Shown: positions 36,301-46,427 of the stretch, piece after piece
How positions within the stretch are numbered: position 1 is the stretch's first letter
Layout of the letters: every line of letters begins with the position of its first letter
Source of the DNA: Macrostomum hystrix
Lineage: Eukaryota; Animalia; Platyhelminthes
Assembly: GCA_950097015.1 (NCBI GenBank)
Contig: CATNEN010000038.1
Location: forward strand, 24,366,001 to 24,430,000
Reading direction: 5' to 3'
Length of the DNA stretch: 64,000 nucleotides
Translations under genes and position numbers: made by a program
Notes under the pieces: generated by a model
Told to the model about the DNA's origin: nothing
Seen by the model: the letters and a program-made list of their open reading frames with translations, nothing else
The model's database searches: none

Positions 36301-39300
36301 GACGAGTTTACGACATTTTCACCCGCCTATTCGGCGAGACTAACGGTCGCGTTACCCAATTCTTTCTAGAAGCTCTTGGCGAATTTGTTAGCAAATTTCA
36401 CGCGGAACTTCATGACTGGCTTTACACTCTGCAGCTGCGTCTAATTGGTCGCCTAGCAACCGAGACATTGACTAGCCAGCAGTCTAGGGTGCAGGCCGCA
36501 TTGGACAGGGTACGCCAGGCCTTTCCACTTGAGCTGCAGTTTCAACAGATGTTGCGCACCCTATGCGATCAGTGGTTGCAGACACTGCCAAAGGTGGGCC
36601 ACGATCGATATTTTTCTATTAACACTTACTGATTTATTTGCTATTATTCTTTTTTGGGAAGATTCCGGTTAAGGGAGATTTTACTTTCGAAGGATTCCGG
36701 TTTGGGAAATCTCTAGTTTGAATAGATTCCGGTTTAAGAAAATTTATGTCTTTTTGAGAAGATTCTAGATTGGGAAGATTCTAGATTGGGAAGATTCTAG
36801 TTTAGAAAGTTTCCGGTTTTGGAAGATTCCAATCAGGAAAGATTCCGGTAAGGGAGGATTCTAGTTTGGGAAGATTCCGGTTAGGAAAGATTCTAGTTTG
36901 GAAAGATTCCGATTAGGGAAATTTCTAATTTGGGAAGATTCCGGTTAGGGAAGATTCCGGTTAGGAAAGATTCCAATTAGGGAAGATTCCGGTTAGGAAA
37001 GATTCCGATTAGGGAAATTTCAAGTTTGGGAAGATTCCGGTTAGGGAAGATTCTAGTTTGGGAAGATTCTAGTTAGGAAATATACTAGTTTTGGAAGATT
37101 CTAGTTTTGGAAGATTCTAGTTTTGGAAGATTCTAGTTTTGGAAGATTCTAGTTTTGGAAGATTCTAGTTTTGGAAGATTCTAGTTAGGAAATATTCTAG
37201 TTTTGGAAGATTTTAGTTTTGGAAGATTCTAGTTTTGGAAGATTCTAGTTTTGGAAGATTCTAGTTTTGGAAGATTCTAGTTTTGAGAGATTCTAGTTTT
37301 GGAAGATTCTAGTTTTGGAAGATTCTAGTTTTGGAAGATTCTAGTTTTGAAAGATTCTAGTTTTAAGAGATTCTAGTTTTGGAAGATTCTAGTTTTGGAA
37401 GATTCTAGTTTTGGAAGATTCTAGTTTTGGAAGATTCTAGTTTTGGAAGATTCTAGTTTTGGAAGATTCTAGTTTTGGAAGATTCTAGTTTTAGAAGATT
37501 CTAGTTTTGGAAGATTCTAGTTTTGGAAGATTCTAGTTTTAGAAGATTCTAGTTTTGGAAGATTCTAGTTTTGGAAGATTCTAGTTTTGGAAGATTCTAG
37601 TTTTGGAAGATTCTAGTTTTGGAAGATTCTAGTTTTGAGAGATTCTAGTTTTGGAAGATTCTAGTTTTGGAAGATTCTAGTTTTGGAAGATTCTAGTTTT
37701 GAGAGATTCTAGTTTTGGAAGATTCTAGTTTTGGAAGATTCTAGTTTTGGAAGATTCTAGTTTTGGAAGATTCTAGTTTTGGAAGATTCTAGTTTTGGAA
37801 GATTCTAGTTTTGGAAGATTCTAGTTTTGGAAGATTCTAGTTTTGGAAGATTCTAGTTTTGGAAGATTCTTTGTCGGGAAGATTCAGGTTTTATAAAAGT
37901 TTCTATGCTTTAAAATTAAATCAGTGTTTTATCCATTATTCCAGGTCCAGCTAGCTGTCCTGCAGCACCTGCTAATAAACATCACTGACTTACCGACGCA
38001 CGCTTTGCAATCCAACGCCGACACAAAAGCCGCCATCGGCCGTCTGGCCGCTCTAACTCGCGAGCCTCGCTCAGCTGAGCTCAGGCGCTACTCTCAGCTG
38101 CTACTAGCTGGCCTAGCTCGATTGAACGGCGATGCATTCAGTTCGGCTTTGCAATCTCTGCCGCCACCGATGCAGCAGCGAGTGGCTGAAGTGGTAGCCA
38201 ATCAACAGGAGGCAGCGACTGCGGCTGTTGGAATTCAGCAGCAGCAGCAGCAGAGGAGAGGAAGTCTAGGAACTGCCGCAGCTGGTAATGCCAACACTGG
38301 GCCAATTGGCAGGTGAGAATAAAGATTAGTTTATCGCTGCAGTAGAGTATTTCTGTGTTAGCTTTTTAAGTCCAGACTTTGTTAGCGATTAATTAGAAAC
38401 CGTGTAATCATCTTAATCCATCTCTCATCCTTAGGATTAACGAATTCATCTTGTCTGATCCTCAGGATTAACACATTCTTCCCATCAAATCCTCAGGATT
38501 AGGCCATTCTTCCCATTAAATCCCCAGGATTAGCACATCCTTCCTATTAAATCCTCAGGATTAACACATTCTTCCCATTAAATCCTCAGGATTAACACAT
38601 TCTTCCCATCAAATCATCAGGATTAACACATCCTTCCCATTAAATCCTCAGGATTAACACATTCTTCCCATTAAATCCTCAGGATTAACACATTCTTCCC
38701 ATTAAATCCTTAGGATTAACACATTCTTCCCATTAAATCCTCAGGATTAGGCCATTTTTCCCATTAAATCCTCAGGATTAGGCCATTCTTCCCATGAAAT
38801 CCCCAGGATTAACACATTCTTCCCAAGAAATCCTCAGGATTAACACATTCTTCCCATCAAATCATCAGGATTAACACATCCTTCCCATTAAATCCTCAGG
38901 ATTAACACATTCTTCCCATTAAATCCTCAGGATTAACACATTCTTCCCATTAAATCCTTAGGATTAACACATTCTTCCCATTAAATCCTCAGGATTAGGC
39001 CATTTTTCCCATTAAATCCTCAGGATTAGGCCATTCTTCCCATGAAATCCCCAGGATTAACACATTCTTCCCAAGAAATCCTCAGGATTAACACATTCTT
39101 CCCATGAAATCCTCAGGATTAACACATTCTTCCCATGAAATCCTCAGGATTAACACATTCTTCCCATGAAATCCTCAGGATTAACTACCCTGTGCTCATG
39201 ATTAGCAAATTTTTGTTTAAACTGCAACTATTATTTTCACCTTAACTTTGTGACGCAAGTATTTCCTTATGCAGTGTAGTTTACTCAGTGTGAACATTAG

Positions 39301-42300
39301 CATCTGTAGTGACCTACTTACTTTTTTCTTTGTTTTGTGAATCTTTTTGTGTTGCAACTAATCTTTGTAGTAGTGAAAGAGTATTATTTGACAAACTAGA
39401 TTGTATACTTAGTAGCAAATTTAGTTTTTAACTTATACTATTGATTGTAGATAACAAAAATCACATTCTATACATCGATTCGATGATTATTTTTACGAAC
39501 AGACGTACGTTTCCTTATTCGTCACTGAGACGACCGTCAATCGGCGCCGTGTCGCGTTTCTCCGATAGGTACTTATCAATCTTAAACTATCTGAGGGCTT
39601 ACAAATGACTTTAATGATATTGATCGGCAGTTTGGAGGCTACTTAGACAACAAATCATTCATTTTTCTCTTTTCCTTTTTTATTGCTGGCTATTAAATAC
39701 TAACTGTTATTTATCTGCCTTCCCTGTCTGTGTGATCTGCCTTCCCTGTCTGTGTGATCTGCCTTCCCTGTCTGTGTGATCTGCCTTCCCTGTCTGTCTG
39801 TGTGATCTGCCTTCCCTGTCTGTGTGATCTGCCTTCCCTGTCTGTGTGATCTGCCTTCCCTGACTGTGTGATCTGCCTTCCCCGTCTGTGTGATCTGCCT
39901 TCCCTGACTGTGTGATCTGCCTTCCCCGTCTGTGTGATCTGCCTTCCCCGTCTGTGTGATCTGCCTTCCCCGTCTGTGTGATCTGCCTTCCCCGTCTGTG
40001 TGATCTGCCTTCCCCGTCTGTGTGATCTGCCTTCCCCGTCTGTGTGATCTGCCTTCCCCGTCTGTGTGATCTGCCTTCCCTGTCTGTGTGATCTGCCTTC
40101 CCTGTCTGTGTGATCTGCCTTCCCTGTCTGTGTGATCTGCCTTCCCTGTCTGTGTGATCTGCCTTCCCTGTCTGTGTGATCTGCCTTCCCTGTCTGTGTG
40201 ATCTGCCTTCCCTGTCTGTGTGATCTGCCTTCCCCGTCTGTGTGATCTGCCTTCCCCGTCTGTGTGATCTGCCTTCCCTGTCTGTGTGATCTGCCTTCCC
40301 CGTCTGTGTGATCTGCCTTCCCTGTCTGTGTGATCTGCCTTCCCTGAATGTGTGATCTGCCTCCCCCGTCTGTGTGATCTGCCTTCCCCGTCTGTGTGAT
40401 CTGCCTCCCCTGTCTGTGTGATCTGCCTTCCCTGTCTGTGTGATCTGCCTTCCCCGTCTGTGTGATCTGCCTTCCCCGTCTGTGTGATCTGCCTTCCCCG
40501 TCTGTGTGATCTGCCTTCCCCGTCTGTGTGATCTGCCTTCCCCGTCTGTGTGATCTGCCTTCCCCGTCTGTGTGATCTGCCTTCCCTGTCTGTGTGATCT
40601 GCCTTCCCTGTCTGTGTGATCTGCCTTCCCTGTCTGTGTGATCTGCCTTCCCTGTCTGTGTGATCTGCCTTCCCTGTCTGTGTGATCTGCCTTCCCTGTC
40701 TGTGTGATCTGCCTTCCCTGTCTGTCTGTGTGATCTGCCTTCCCTGACTGTGTGATCTGCCTTCCCTGTCTGTGTGATCTGCCTTCCCTGTCTGTCTGCC
40801 CAATCTTTCAAATTTTTCTGTTAATTTATTTGTCAGTTTTTTCAGGATTATTGTTATTTTTGCCTATTTTCCTTTGGCTTTTAGTTTGTTTCCTTTGTTT
40901 TGTTTAAATTGGCAAGAATTTTTTCCTATTTTGCTTTTATGGATACTTATTGATAATATTTCTATTTTCGATGCAGTGTCGCTTAGCTCAATAAAAAAAC
41001 TGAAATCAAGTCAAGTATTGTAAATGTTGCAATTCTGTGTTAAGTTATCAAAATGAAAGAGGTTAAATATTCTTATCTACATATTAAGAAAACAAACTAC
41101 ACGTCAATGAAGTGTAAACGATTTTACACATTTTATCTAGTATCACTGGTTGCCTTCAGAAGCATCTGAAGGCAAATTTCAACAATAATTTATCGACATA
41201 AAACGATTATTTGCTTTGTAGGGTAGAGAACTAATTTGCTGCTATTTTTAGCATCATAATCTATTTATAGCATTATAATCTATTTTTAGCTACATTTTTG
41301 TGACGTAATAGTTAAGTGCTTTTTTAGCACCAGGGTCAATTTTTACTTCGCGCCTAGGCTGACGTAATAAATTTGCGCTATATTTAGCAACAGAAGCTGA
41401 TTTTCAATTCACATGTTTTTTTATCCATTTCCATAATATAAATTAGTGCCGGTGTAACTGCATTTATCAATATTTATTTAATTTATAGAAACGGCAGTTA
41501 CGAATCTTCTGCAGCACAGCAGCCTCCGGACTCGCTCAGTCCCGAAGACATGAGCTCCTGTATTCGCCAGGCGGCCCAAGATATTCAGTCACTAACGGGT
41601 TCTAACACCGCGGCAGCGACTACTTGGGCGGAGCCGCGACATGGCGTCCACAATGGCCAAGGTCGAGCTAATTTTACCAATGCCTCCAGTTTGAATAGAT
41701 TCGGTGGCGATTCTGTACTAGATAATTATCATCAGGAACAGCAACTGCCCGGCAGACAATCGAGTGGCGGCGATCTTCTGCTAGCGGAGATTGTGCGAGA
41801 ACTTTCTGGTGGCAGAAATCAGCGGTGAGTGCCCCTTAACCGCGCTGAGGTTCTGGAGGGGGGAAATTTTTTTGCCCTGAAGTTCTAGATGGTAGATGCC
41901 CTGAAGTTCTGGATGGTAGATGCCTTGAAGTTCTGGATGGTAGATGCGCTGAAGTTCTGGATGGTAGATGCCCTGAAGTTCTGGATGGTAGATACCTTGA
42001 AGTTCTGGATGGTAGATGCGCTGAAGCTTTAGATGGTAGATGCGCTTAAGTTTTAGATGGTAGATGCCCTGAAGTTCTGGATGGTAGATACCTTGAAGTT
42101 CTGGATGGTAGATGCCCTGAAGTTCTGGATGGTAGATGCCCTGAAGTTCTGGATGGTAGATGCCCTGAAGTTCTGGATGGTAGATGCCCTGAAGTTCTGG
42201 ATGGTAGATGCCCTGAAGTTCTGGATGGTAGATGCCCTGAAGTTCTGGATGGTAGATGTCCTGAAGTTCTGGATGGTAGATGCCCTGAAGTTCGGGAGGC

Positions 42301-45300
42301 TAGTAACTTATTCCCTGAAGTTCTGGTGTTTTAAACTGATGCGCTGAGGTTCTGGAGAGTTAAACTGATTTCTTGAAGTTTTGAATGTTAGTATCTAATG
42401 TCCTGAAGTTTTGAATGTTAGTATCTAATACCCTGAAGTTTTGAATGTTAGTGTCTAATGCCCTGAAGTTTTGAATGTTAGTATCTAATGCCCTGAAGTT
42501 TTGGACTTTTAGAAACGAATGCCCTGGAGCACTAGATTTTATAAATTTGACGCCTAGAAGTCATTGAGGTTAAATTTATTTCGTGTGATGTCCAAGTAAT
42601 AAATATGTTTTTTTAACCTAAGTCACAGTTCGTTTATCCAGCGAAACTTTTTTCTAAAATAAAAATTCAATTTATGAAAAGTTAGCAAATTATAATTACA
42701 AAAATCTAAAATATTTTTTTCTGATCTTTGTGGTAGTCAAATAATATATTTTATGTTATTATGGCCCACTTTTTGAACACATGGCTTTACTTTGATTGTC
42801 TTGTTTACTCGTATGCACCGTACGTTAACGTATATTCGTAATTTTTGTACTTGAAATTAAGACTTGTCAATTAAAAGTTGTGTGACCTCGGGACACTGAT
42901 TTACATCGATTAGTGCTATACAGTCATAGCATAGTTTCTTTAATCTTTCCATTCCTTCTCTATTTCCATGCTTCTGCCTTTCTGCGTCTCCCATTCCCTA
43001 TCTACCTCTCCCATTCCCTATCTACCTCTCCCATTCCCTATCTACCTCTCCCATTCTTTATCTACCTCTCCTATTCTTTATCTACCTCTCCCATTCCCTG
43101 TCTACCTATCATATTCTTTATCTACCTCTCCCATTCCCTGTCTACCTCTCATATTCATTATCTACCTCTCCCATTCTTTATCTACCTCTCCTATTCATTA
43201 TCTACCTCTCCCATACCCTATCTACCTCTCCCATTCCTTATCTACGTCTCCTATTCATTATCTACCTTTACAATTCCTTATCTACCTCTCCCATTCCTTA
43301 TCTACCTCTACAATTCCTTACCTACCTCTCCCATTCCTTATCTACCTCTCCCATACCCTATCTACCTCTCCCATTCCTTATCTACCTCTCCTATTCATTA
43401 TCTACGTCTAAAATTCCTTATCTACCTCTCCTATTCATTATCTACCTCTCATATTCATTATCTACCTCTACAATTCCTTATCTACCTCTCCCATTCCCTA
43501 TCTACCTCTCCTATTCATTATCTACCTCTCCCATTCATTATCTGCCCCTGGGAGTCCTTGTTGTTCAATCAATGTTGCTCTTATAATCGACAAGTTCTCC
43601 TTTTGTATTTGAGTGTATCCGTTAGCATAGTCAATAAGTTGCCCTGCCATCACAATCAATACGCCATCGTCAGTTCTCACCAGTCTCAGCAGCAGCAGCA
43701 GCAGCAGCGCAGTCGTACTGCTGTCGCCCGCAGTCGCAGTTCAAGGCCTGTTGCTTCAGCAACAGACGATGAGTTCTCAAATCGGCGCAGTAGAAGTCTG
43801 ACACCAAAGAAGAGGTCAAGAATGACACACAATCCGACTATTAGAATTATAGTCAATATATTGTCATAGCCTTTGATTGCCGCCCACACACTATGCTTGC
43901 CAATCGGTTTTAGTTTAGTTTTATTTTTTTTAAAGTCTTCTTTTTATTTTAGCATGGTGTCAGAAACTGTGTAATTTTCGTTATATGCCCTTTTCGGGTT
44001 TGCGTTTAAGTATCCTGCTTAGCAGTAGTATATGTTGCATGCTTGAAACTAATTAGCTTAACAGTTATTAACAGTAGAACTTCCAAAAGGGGGGGATTTT
44101 TTCCCAAACAATTTTTTGTGCTGCAGCTGAACGGAGCAACGCAAGCACACGAAACTCAAGAACACGGGCCGAATTTTTGTTGCGCATCTTCTGAAACAAG
44201 AATCGAGTCGCCAGCTCTTCCGACCTTCGGGATATTCAATGGTTCTGGCCGAAGGTCAGATTTTTCCCATAAGCGCCAGTGTATTTCATACACCCCTATA
44301 CACGAATTAACACTGCGCTTCAGTGCGACCTTGCCAGGCCTTCAAAATTGATCAGCATGTCACCCGAGTGTGCCTGCATCATCTCCGTCTTCGGTGGTCA
44401 CCTGCCTTTATCTAGACGGATTTGCTGGACCTTCAAGGGCTGTAACAGGTGGAACTAGGCTACTAGGCTTGGTAGTCCTACTGTTAAATAATTAGCTTGC
44501 ATGGCAATAGGAAATTATTGGCTATAAAAGTCTAGTCTGATTATTTTATTTTTCTCAGCTTCAATTCCACAAAAAGCTCCGTTGCGTGACAAAATATGTG
44601 TTTCGGTCGTTAGAAGCAGAAAAAAGGCCAATTAATTTTAGAACTACTATTATTTTCCATTCCTCCTTAGGCACGAGCAGCGAAAGTTGTGCATGCAGCG
44701 ACTAGTTTCTCTTGTCCGCGACAAATCCGTTGAGAACTGGGATGAGCACTTCAAAAATATCCTGCTAATCCTGCTGGAGACCCTGTCCGAAAATGAGGTG
44801 AGAAAAGTTCTACTAGTTTTTACCTCTTTAACTTGCTTAATTGCTCTAATTAGTGTTGACGATTGAGTCAAGATGACTCATTTTCCTTGTCCGTGTGTGT
44901 CGTTTTTATTTTATCGAATCTTTTTTCAACGTCAACGTGTTTCAAATTTATTGCCTCTGATAAAAAGAAGCATTTCGTGCTTGTTCTGCTCTGAACTGCT
45001 GTTTTTGCTTACTGCTGCGCCAAACACTGGTTTTCCGCTTCTTCATATTTAAAATATATGAAAATGCCTTTCTTCTTAACGCAAATTTTTTTCCTAATTC
45101 GGCTGCTTGTCTGTTGCTGTCTATCGCATTGTCTAATTTTCTCCCCTGTCTCCCTCTCCCCTGTCTCCCTCTCCCCTGTCTCCCTCTCTCCTGTCTCCCT
45201 CTCCCCTGTCTCCCTCTCCCCTGTCTCCCTCCCTCTCCCTCTCCCCTGTCTCCCTCTCCCCTGTCTCCCTCTCCCCTGTCTCCCTCTCTGTCTCCCTCTC

Positions 45301-46290
45301 CCCTGTCTCCCTCTCCCCTGTCTCCCTCTCTGTCTCCCTCTCTGTCTCCCTCTCCCCTGTCTCCCTCTCCCCTGTCTCATCTCTCACCAGTCTCATTGTC
45401 TCCCCTGTCTCATCTCTCCCCTGTCTCATCTCTCACCAGTCTCATTGTCTCCCCTGTCTCATCTCTCCCCTGTCCCATCTTTCCCCTGTCTCATCTCTCC
45501 CCTGTATCATCTAATCCCCTGTCTCATCTAATCCCCTGTCTCATCTAATCCCCTGTCTCATCTCTCACCAGTCTCATTGTCTCCCCTGTCTCCCCCTCTC
45601 CCCCGTCTCCCTCTCCCCTGCCTGTCTCTCCTGTCTTCGTGTCGCACCTGTCAGCCTGTCCCCTGTCTGATATCTCGCCAGTCTTATTATCGCCTTGTAT
45701 TTCTGTACACAAAAAGTCTCAGATTTCGTATTGCTCCTACCCCGCCAACCAAACAGAGCGACATTCGCGCAGCCTCGCTGACGGCCCTGCAAGAACTGTT
45801 GAAATCCCAGCCGGCCAGATTTGTCGACTTTGTTGAGGCTACAGTTTTAAAAGTGCTCGAAGCTCATCGCGACCAGGACCGAGTGGTTGCCAAGGCGGCC
45901 GAGGAGTGCGCCAAAACCTTATCCAGCTGCCTGCCAGCCGACTTGTGCCTTCGCGTCCTAGTACCAATAGTGCTAGACTCCGAGGTGCCAATCACACTGG
46001 CCGGCATCAAGATGGAGATGCGAGTAGTTCAAGAGGCCGATGCATCCATGCTTGAGCGTCAACTGGGCGAGCTCTGTCCCGGCCTGGTGCGCGCCTGCGA
46101 CCATCGCGAGTCCCAGATACGCAAGGCTGCGATTTTCTGTTTAGTTCAGGTGCAATTAAAAGTTGGCGACGCTTTGATGCTTCACCTGGGCGACATGAGC
46201 GGAACTAAGCGTCGCCTATTGCAGCTCTATATTTGTAGGGCCAGGGCTCCACAGGGACAGCAGCAGCAGCAGCAGCTTGCCGCTTTCTGA
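26265..46290 (+). CDS. CLASP: CLIP-associating protein (CLASP/Orbit/MAST): TOG2, S/R-rich SxIP region, TOG3, CLIP-ID
   Basis: Predicted exons 26265-26367, 28687-28746, 30961-31022, 31664-32366, 33008-33780, 34646-34687, 36180-36593, 37945-38312, 39503-39568, 41489-41824, 44671-44797, 45757-46290, all phase-consistent. Motifs GAVDEETF, DLRSLVVREACITVAHLS, SREASP twice, SGIP, DDAASETSSVCS, WDEHFKNILLILLETL, ESQIRKAAIFCLV, KRRLLQLYI. Confidence 0.92.
26465..27150. repeat. Minisatellite, 17-bp (GAATTCCTAGAGTCATC)
   Basis: Tandem array. Confidence 0.92.
27812..28310. repeat. Polypyrimidine minisatellite, 14-bp (CCTTCCCTTCATTT/CCTTCCCTTCCATT)
   Basis: Tandem array. Confidence 0.95.
28488..28545 (+). 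mobile_element. Degenerate SINE 3' fragment
   Basis: gtcagcgaatgaaacagaattgtctcctcgctagcttagggtc matches the SINE 3' part; a similar fragment lies at about 63790-63850. Confidence 0.5.
28687..28746 (+). CDS. CLASP: CLASP 60-nt exon (DVVSSFGLSAKPPRPRIGSA)
   Basis: AG/GT bounded, phase 1-1, open frame. Confidence 0.5.
29878..30750. repeat. Minisatellite, 23-bp (GTCAGTTAGTGGAGTGTGTTTAT)
   Basis: Tandem array. Confidence 0.95.
30961..31022 (+). CDS. CLASP: CLASP exon (VGAVDEETFVNAFEQVPKIS)
   Basis: Conserved pre-TOG2 motif; strong acceptor and GTAAGT donor. Confidence 0.85.
31075..31580. repeat. Minisatellite, 22-bp (TAGGGAGTAGACAGATTGTAGC)
   Basis: Tandem array filling most of a CLASP intron. 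Confidence 0.95.
31664..32366 (+). CDS. CLASP: CLASP TOG2 (CLASP_N) exon
   Basis: WEKRVECLKQLRSL, DLRSLVVREAC HEAT repeats. Confidence 0.93.
32461..32795. repeat. Minisatellite, 45-bp
   Basis: CAGTTTCTAAGAAATCGGAGACAAGAATTTCCGAGAAATCCGAAA, about 7 copies. Confidence 0.95.
33008..33780 (+). CDS. CLASP: CLASP S/R-rich exon with SxIP motif and polyQ
   Basis: SREASP repeats, SGIP, SETSSVCSD. Confidence 0.88.
33835..34442. repeat. Minisatellite, 30-bp (GCGATGGGATTTTTGAGGATGTGATAATTC) with degenerate extension
   Basis: Tandem array. Confidence 0.9.
34646..34687 (+). CDS. CLASP: CLASP 42-nt exon (SCYTGRRFVARISK)
   Basis: ctgcAG acceptor and GTAACA donor, phase 0-0; supplies the linker before TOG3. 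Confidence 0.55.
34895..35360. repeat. C-rich minisatellite, about 39-40 bp
   Basis: CCAACCCCCTTCCACAACCCTAATGTACACCATTATCCA. Confidence 0.9.
35750..36117. repeat. Minisatellite, 36-bp
   Basis: TCAACTGCCTCAAATCAGCCTTCAAATCTCATCTAC. Confidence 0.93.
36180..36593 (+). CDS. CLASP: CLASP TOG3 exon
   Basis: SRDWSQRRDGL...LHDWLYTL...FPLELQF. Confidence 0.9.
36655..37885. repeat. Minisatellite, 16-bp (GGAAGATTCTAGTTTT)
   Basis: Tandem array with a degenerate 5' part. Confidence 0.95.
37945..38312 (+). CDS. CLASP: CLASP TOG3 exon 2
   Basis: VQLAVL...EPRSAELRRYSQ. Confidence 0.85.
38428..39184. repeat. Minisatellite, 31-bp (GGATTAACACATTCTTCCCATTAAATCCTCA)
   Basis: Tandem array with a 248-bp higher-order duplication. 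Confidence 0.95.
39503..39568 (+). CDS. CLASP: CLASP 66-nt candidate exon (RTFPYSSLRRPSIGAVSRFSD)
   Basis: AG/GT bounded, phase 2-2, open frame, GC-rich island in AT-rich intron. Confidence 0.5.
   Translation, partial: TYVSLFVTETTVNRRRVAFLR
39713..40800. repeat. Minisatellite, 22-bp (GATCTGCCTTCCCTGTCTGTGT)
   Basis: Tandem array. Confidence 0.96.
41489..41824 (+). CDS. CLASP: CLASP exon leading into CLIP-ID
   Basis: LSPEDMSSCIRQ...LAEIVRELS, phase 2-2. Confidence 0.82.
41874..42505. repeat. Minisatellite, 24-bp (GCCCTGAAGTTCTGGATGGTAGAT) grading into a related 30-bp unit
   Basis: Tandem array. Confidence 0.92.
42987..43543. repeat. Minisatellite, 20-bp (TATCTACCTCTCCCATTCCT)
   Basis: Tandem array. 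Confidence 0.94.
44103..44462 (+). repeat. Interspersed repeat copy 3 (truncated) in a CLASP intron
   Basis: GCACACGAAACTCAAGAACACGG...GGCCTTCAAAATTGATCAGCATGTCACCCGA shared with copy 1. Confidence 0.75.
44671..44797 (+). CDS. CLASP: CLASP CLIP-ID exon
   Basis: HEQRKLCMQRL...WDEHFKNILLILLETLSENE. Confidence 0.9.
45140..45625. repeat. Polypyrimidine minisatellite, about 15-bp (CTCCCCTGTCTCCCT)
   Basis: Tandem array. Confidence 0.92.
45757..46290 (+). CDS. CLASP: CLASP terminal exon (CLIP-ID)
   Basis: VLKVLEAHRD...KRRLLQLYICRA, TGA stop. Confidence 0.92.
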   Translation, partial: SDIRAASLTALQELLKSQPARFVDFVEATVLKVLEAHRDQDRVVAKAAEECAKTLSSCLPADLCLRVLVPIVLDSEVPITLAGIKMEMRVVQEADASMLERQLGELCPGLVRACDHRESQIRKAAIFCLVQVQLKVGDALMLHLGDMSGTKRRLLQLYICRARAPQGQQQQQQLAAF

Positions 46291-46427
46291 TTTTTGCATC
46301 GTCTCATATGTTCCTAACTATCGCGATATATCGAAATAATAGACAAACTATTGTTAACTACTGATAGATAAAAAATGTTGAACCATTTTAGCAATCGTTT
46401 AAAAATAGAACCGTTTTGCGAAGTGTC

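Noticed and set aside
39700-40811. 366/367-aa repetitive ORFs
   Set aside because: Translations of a 22-bp satellite inside a CLASP intron
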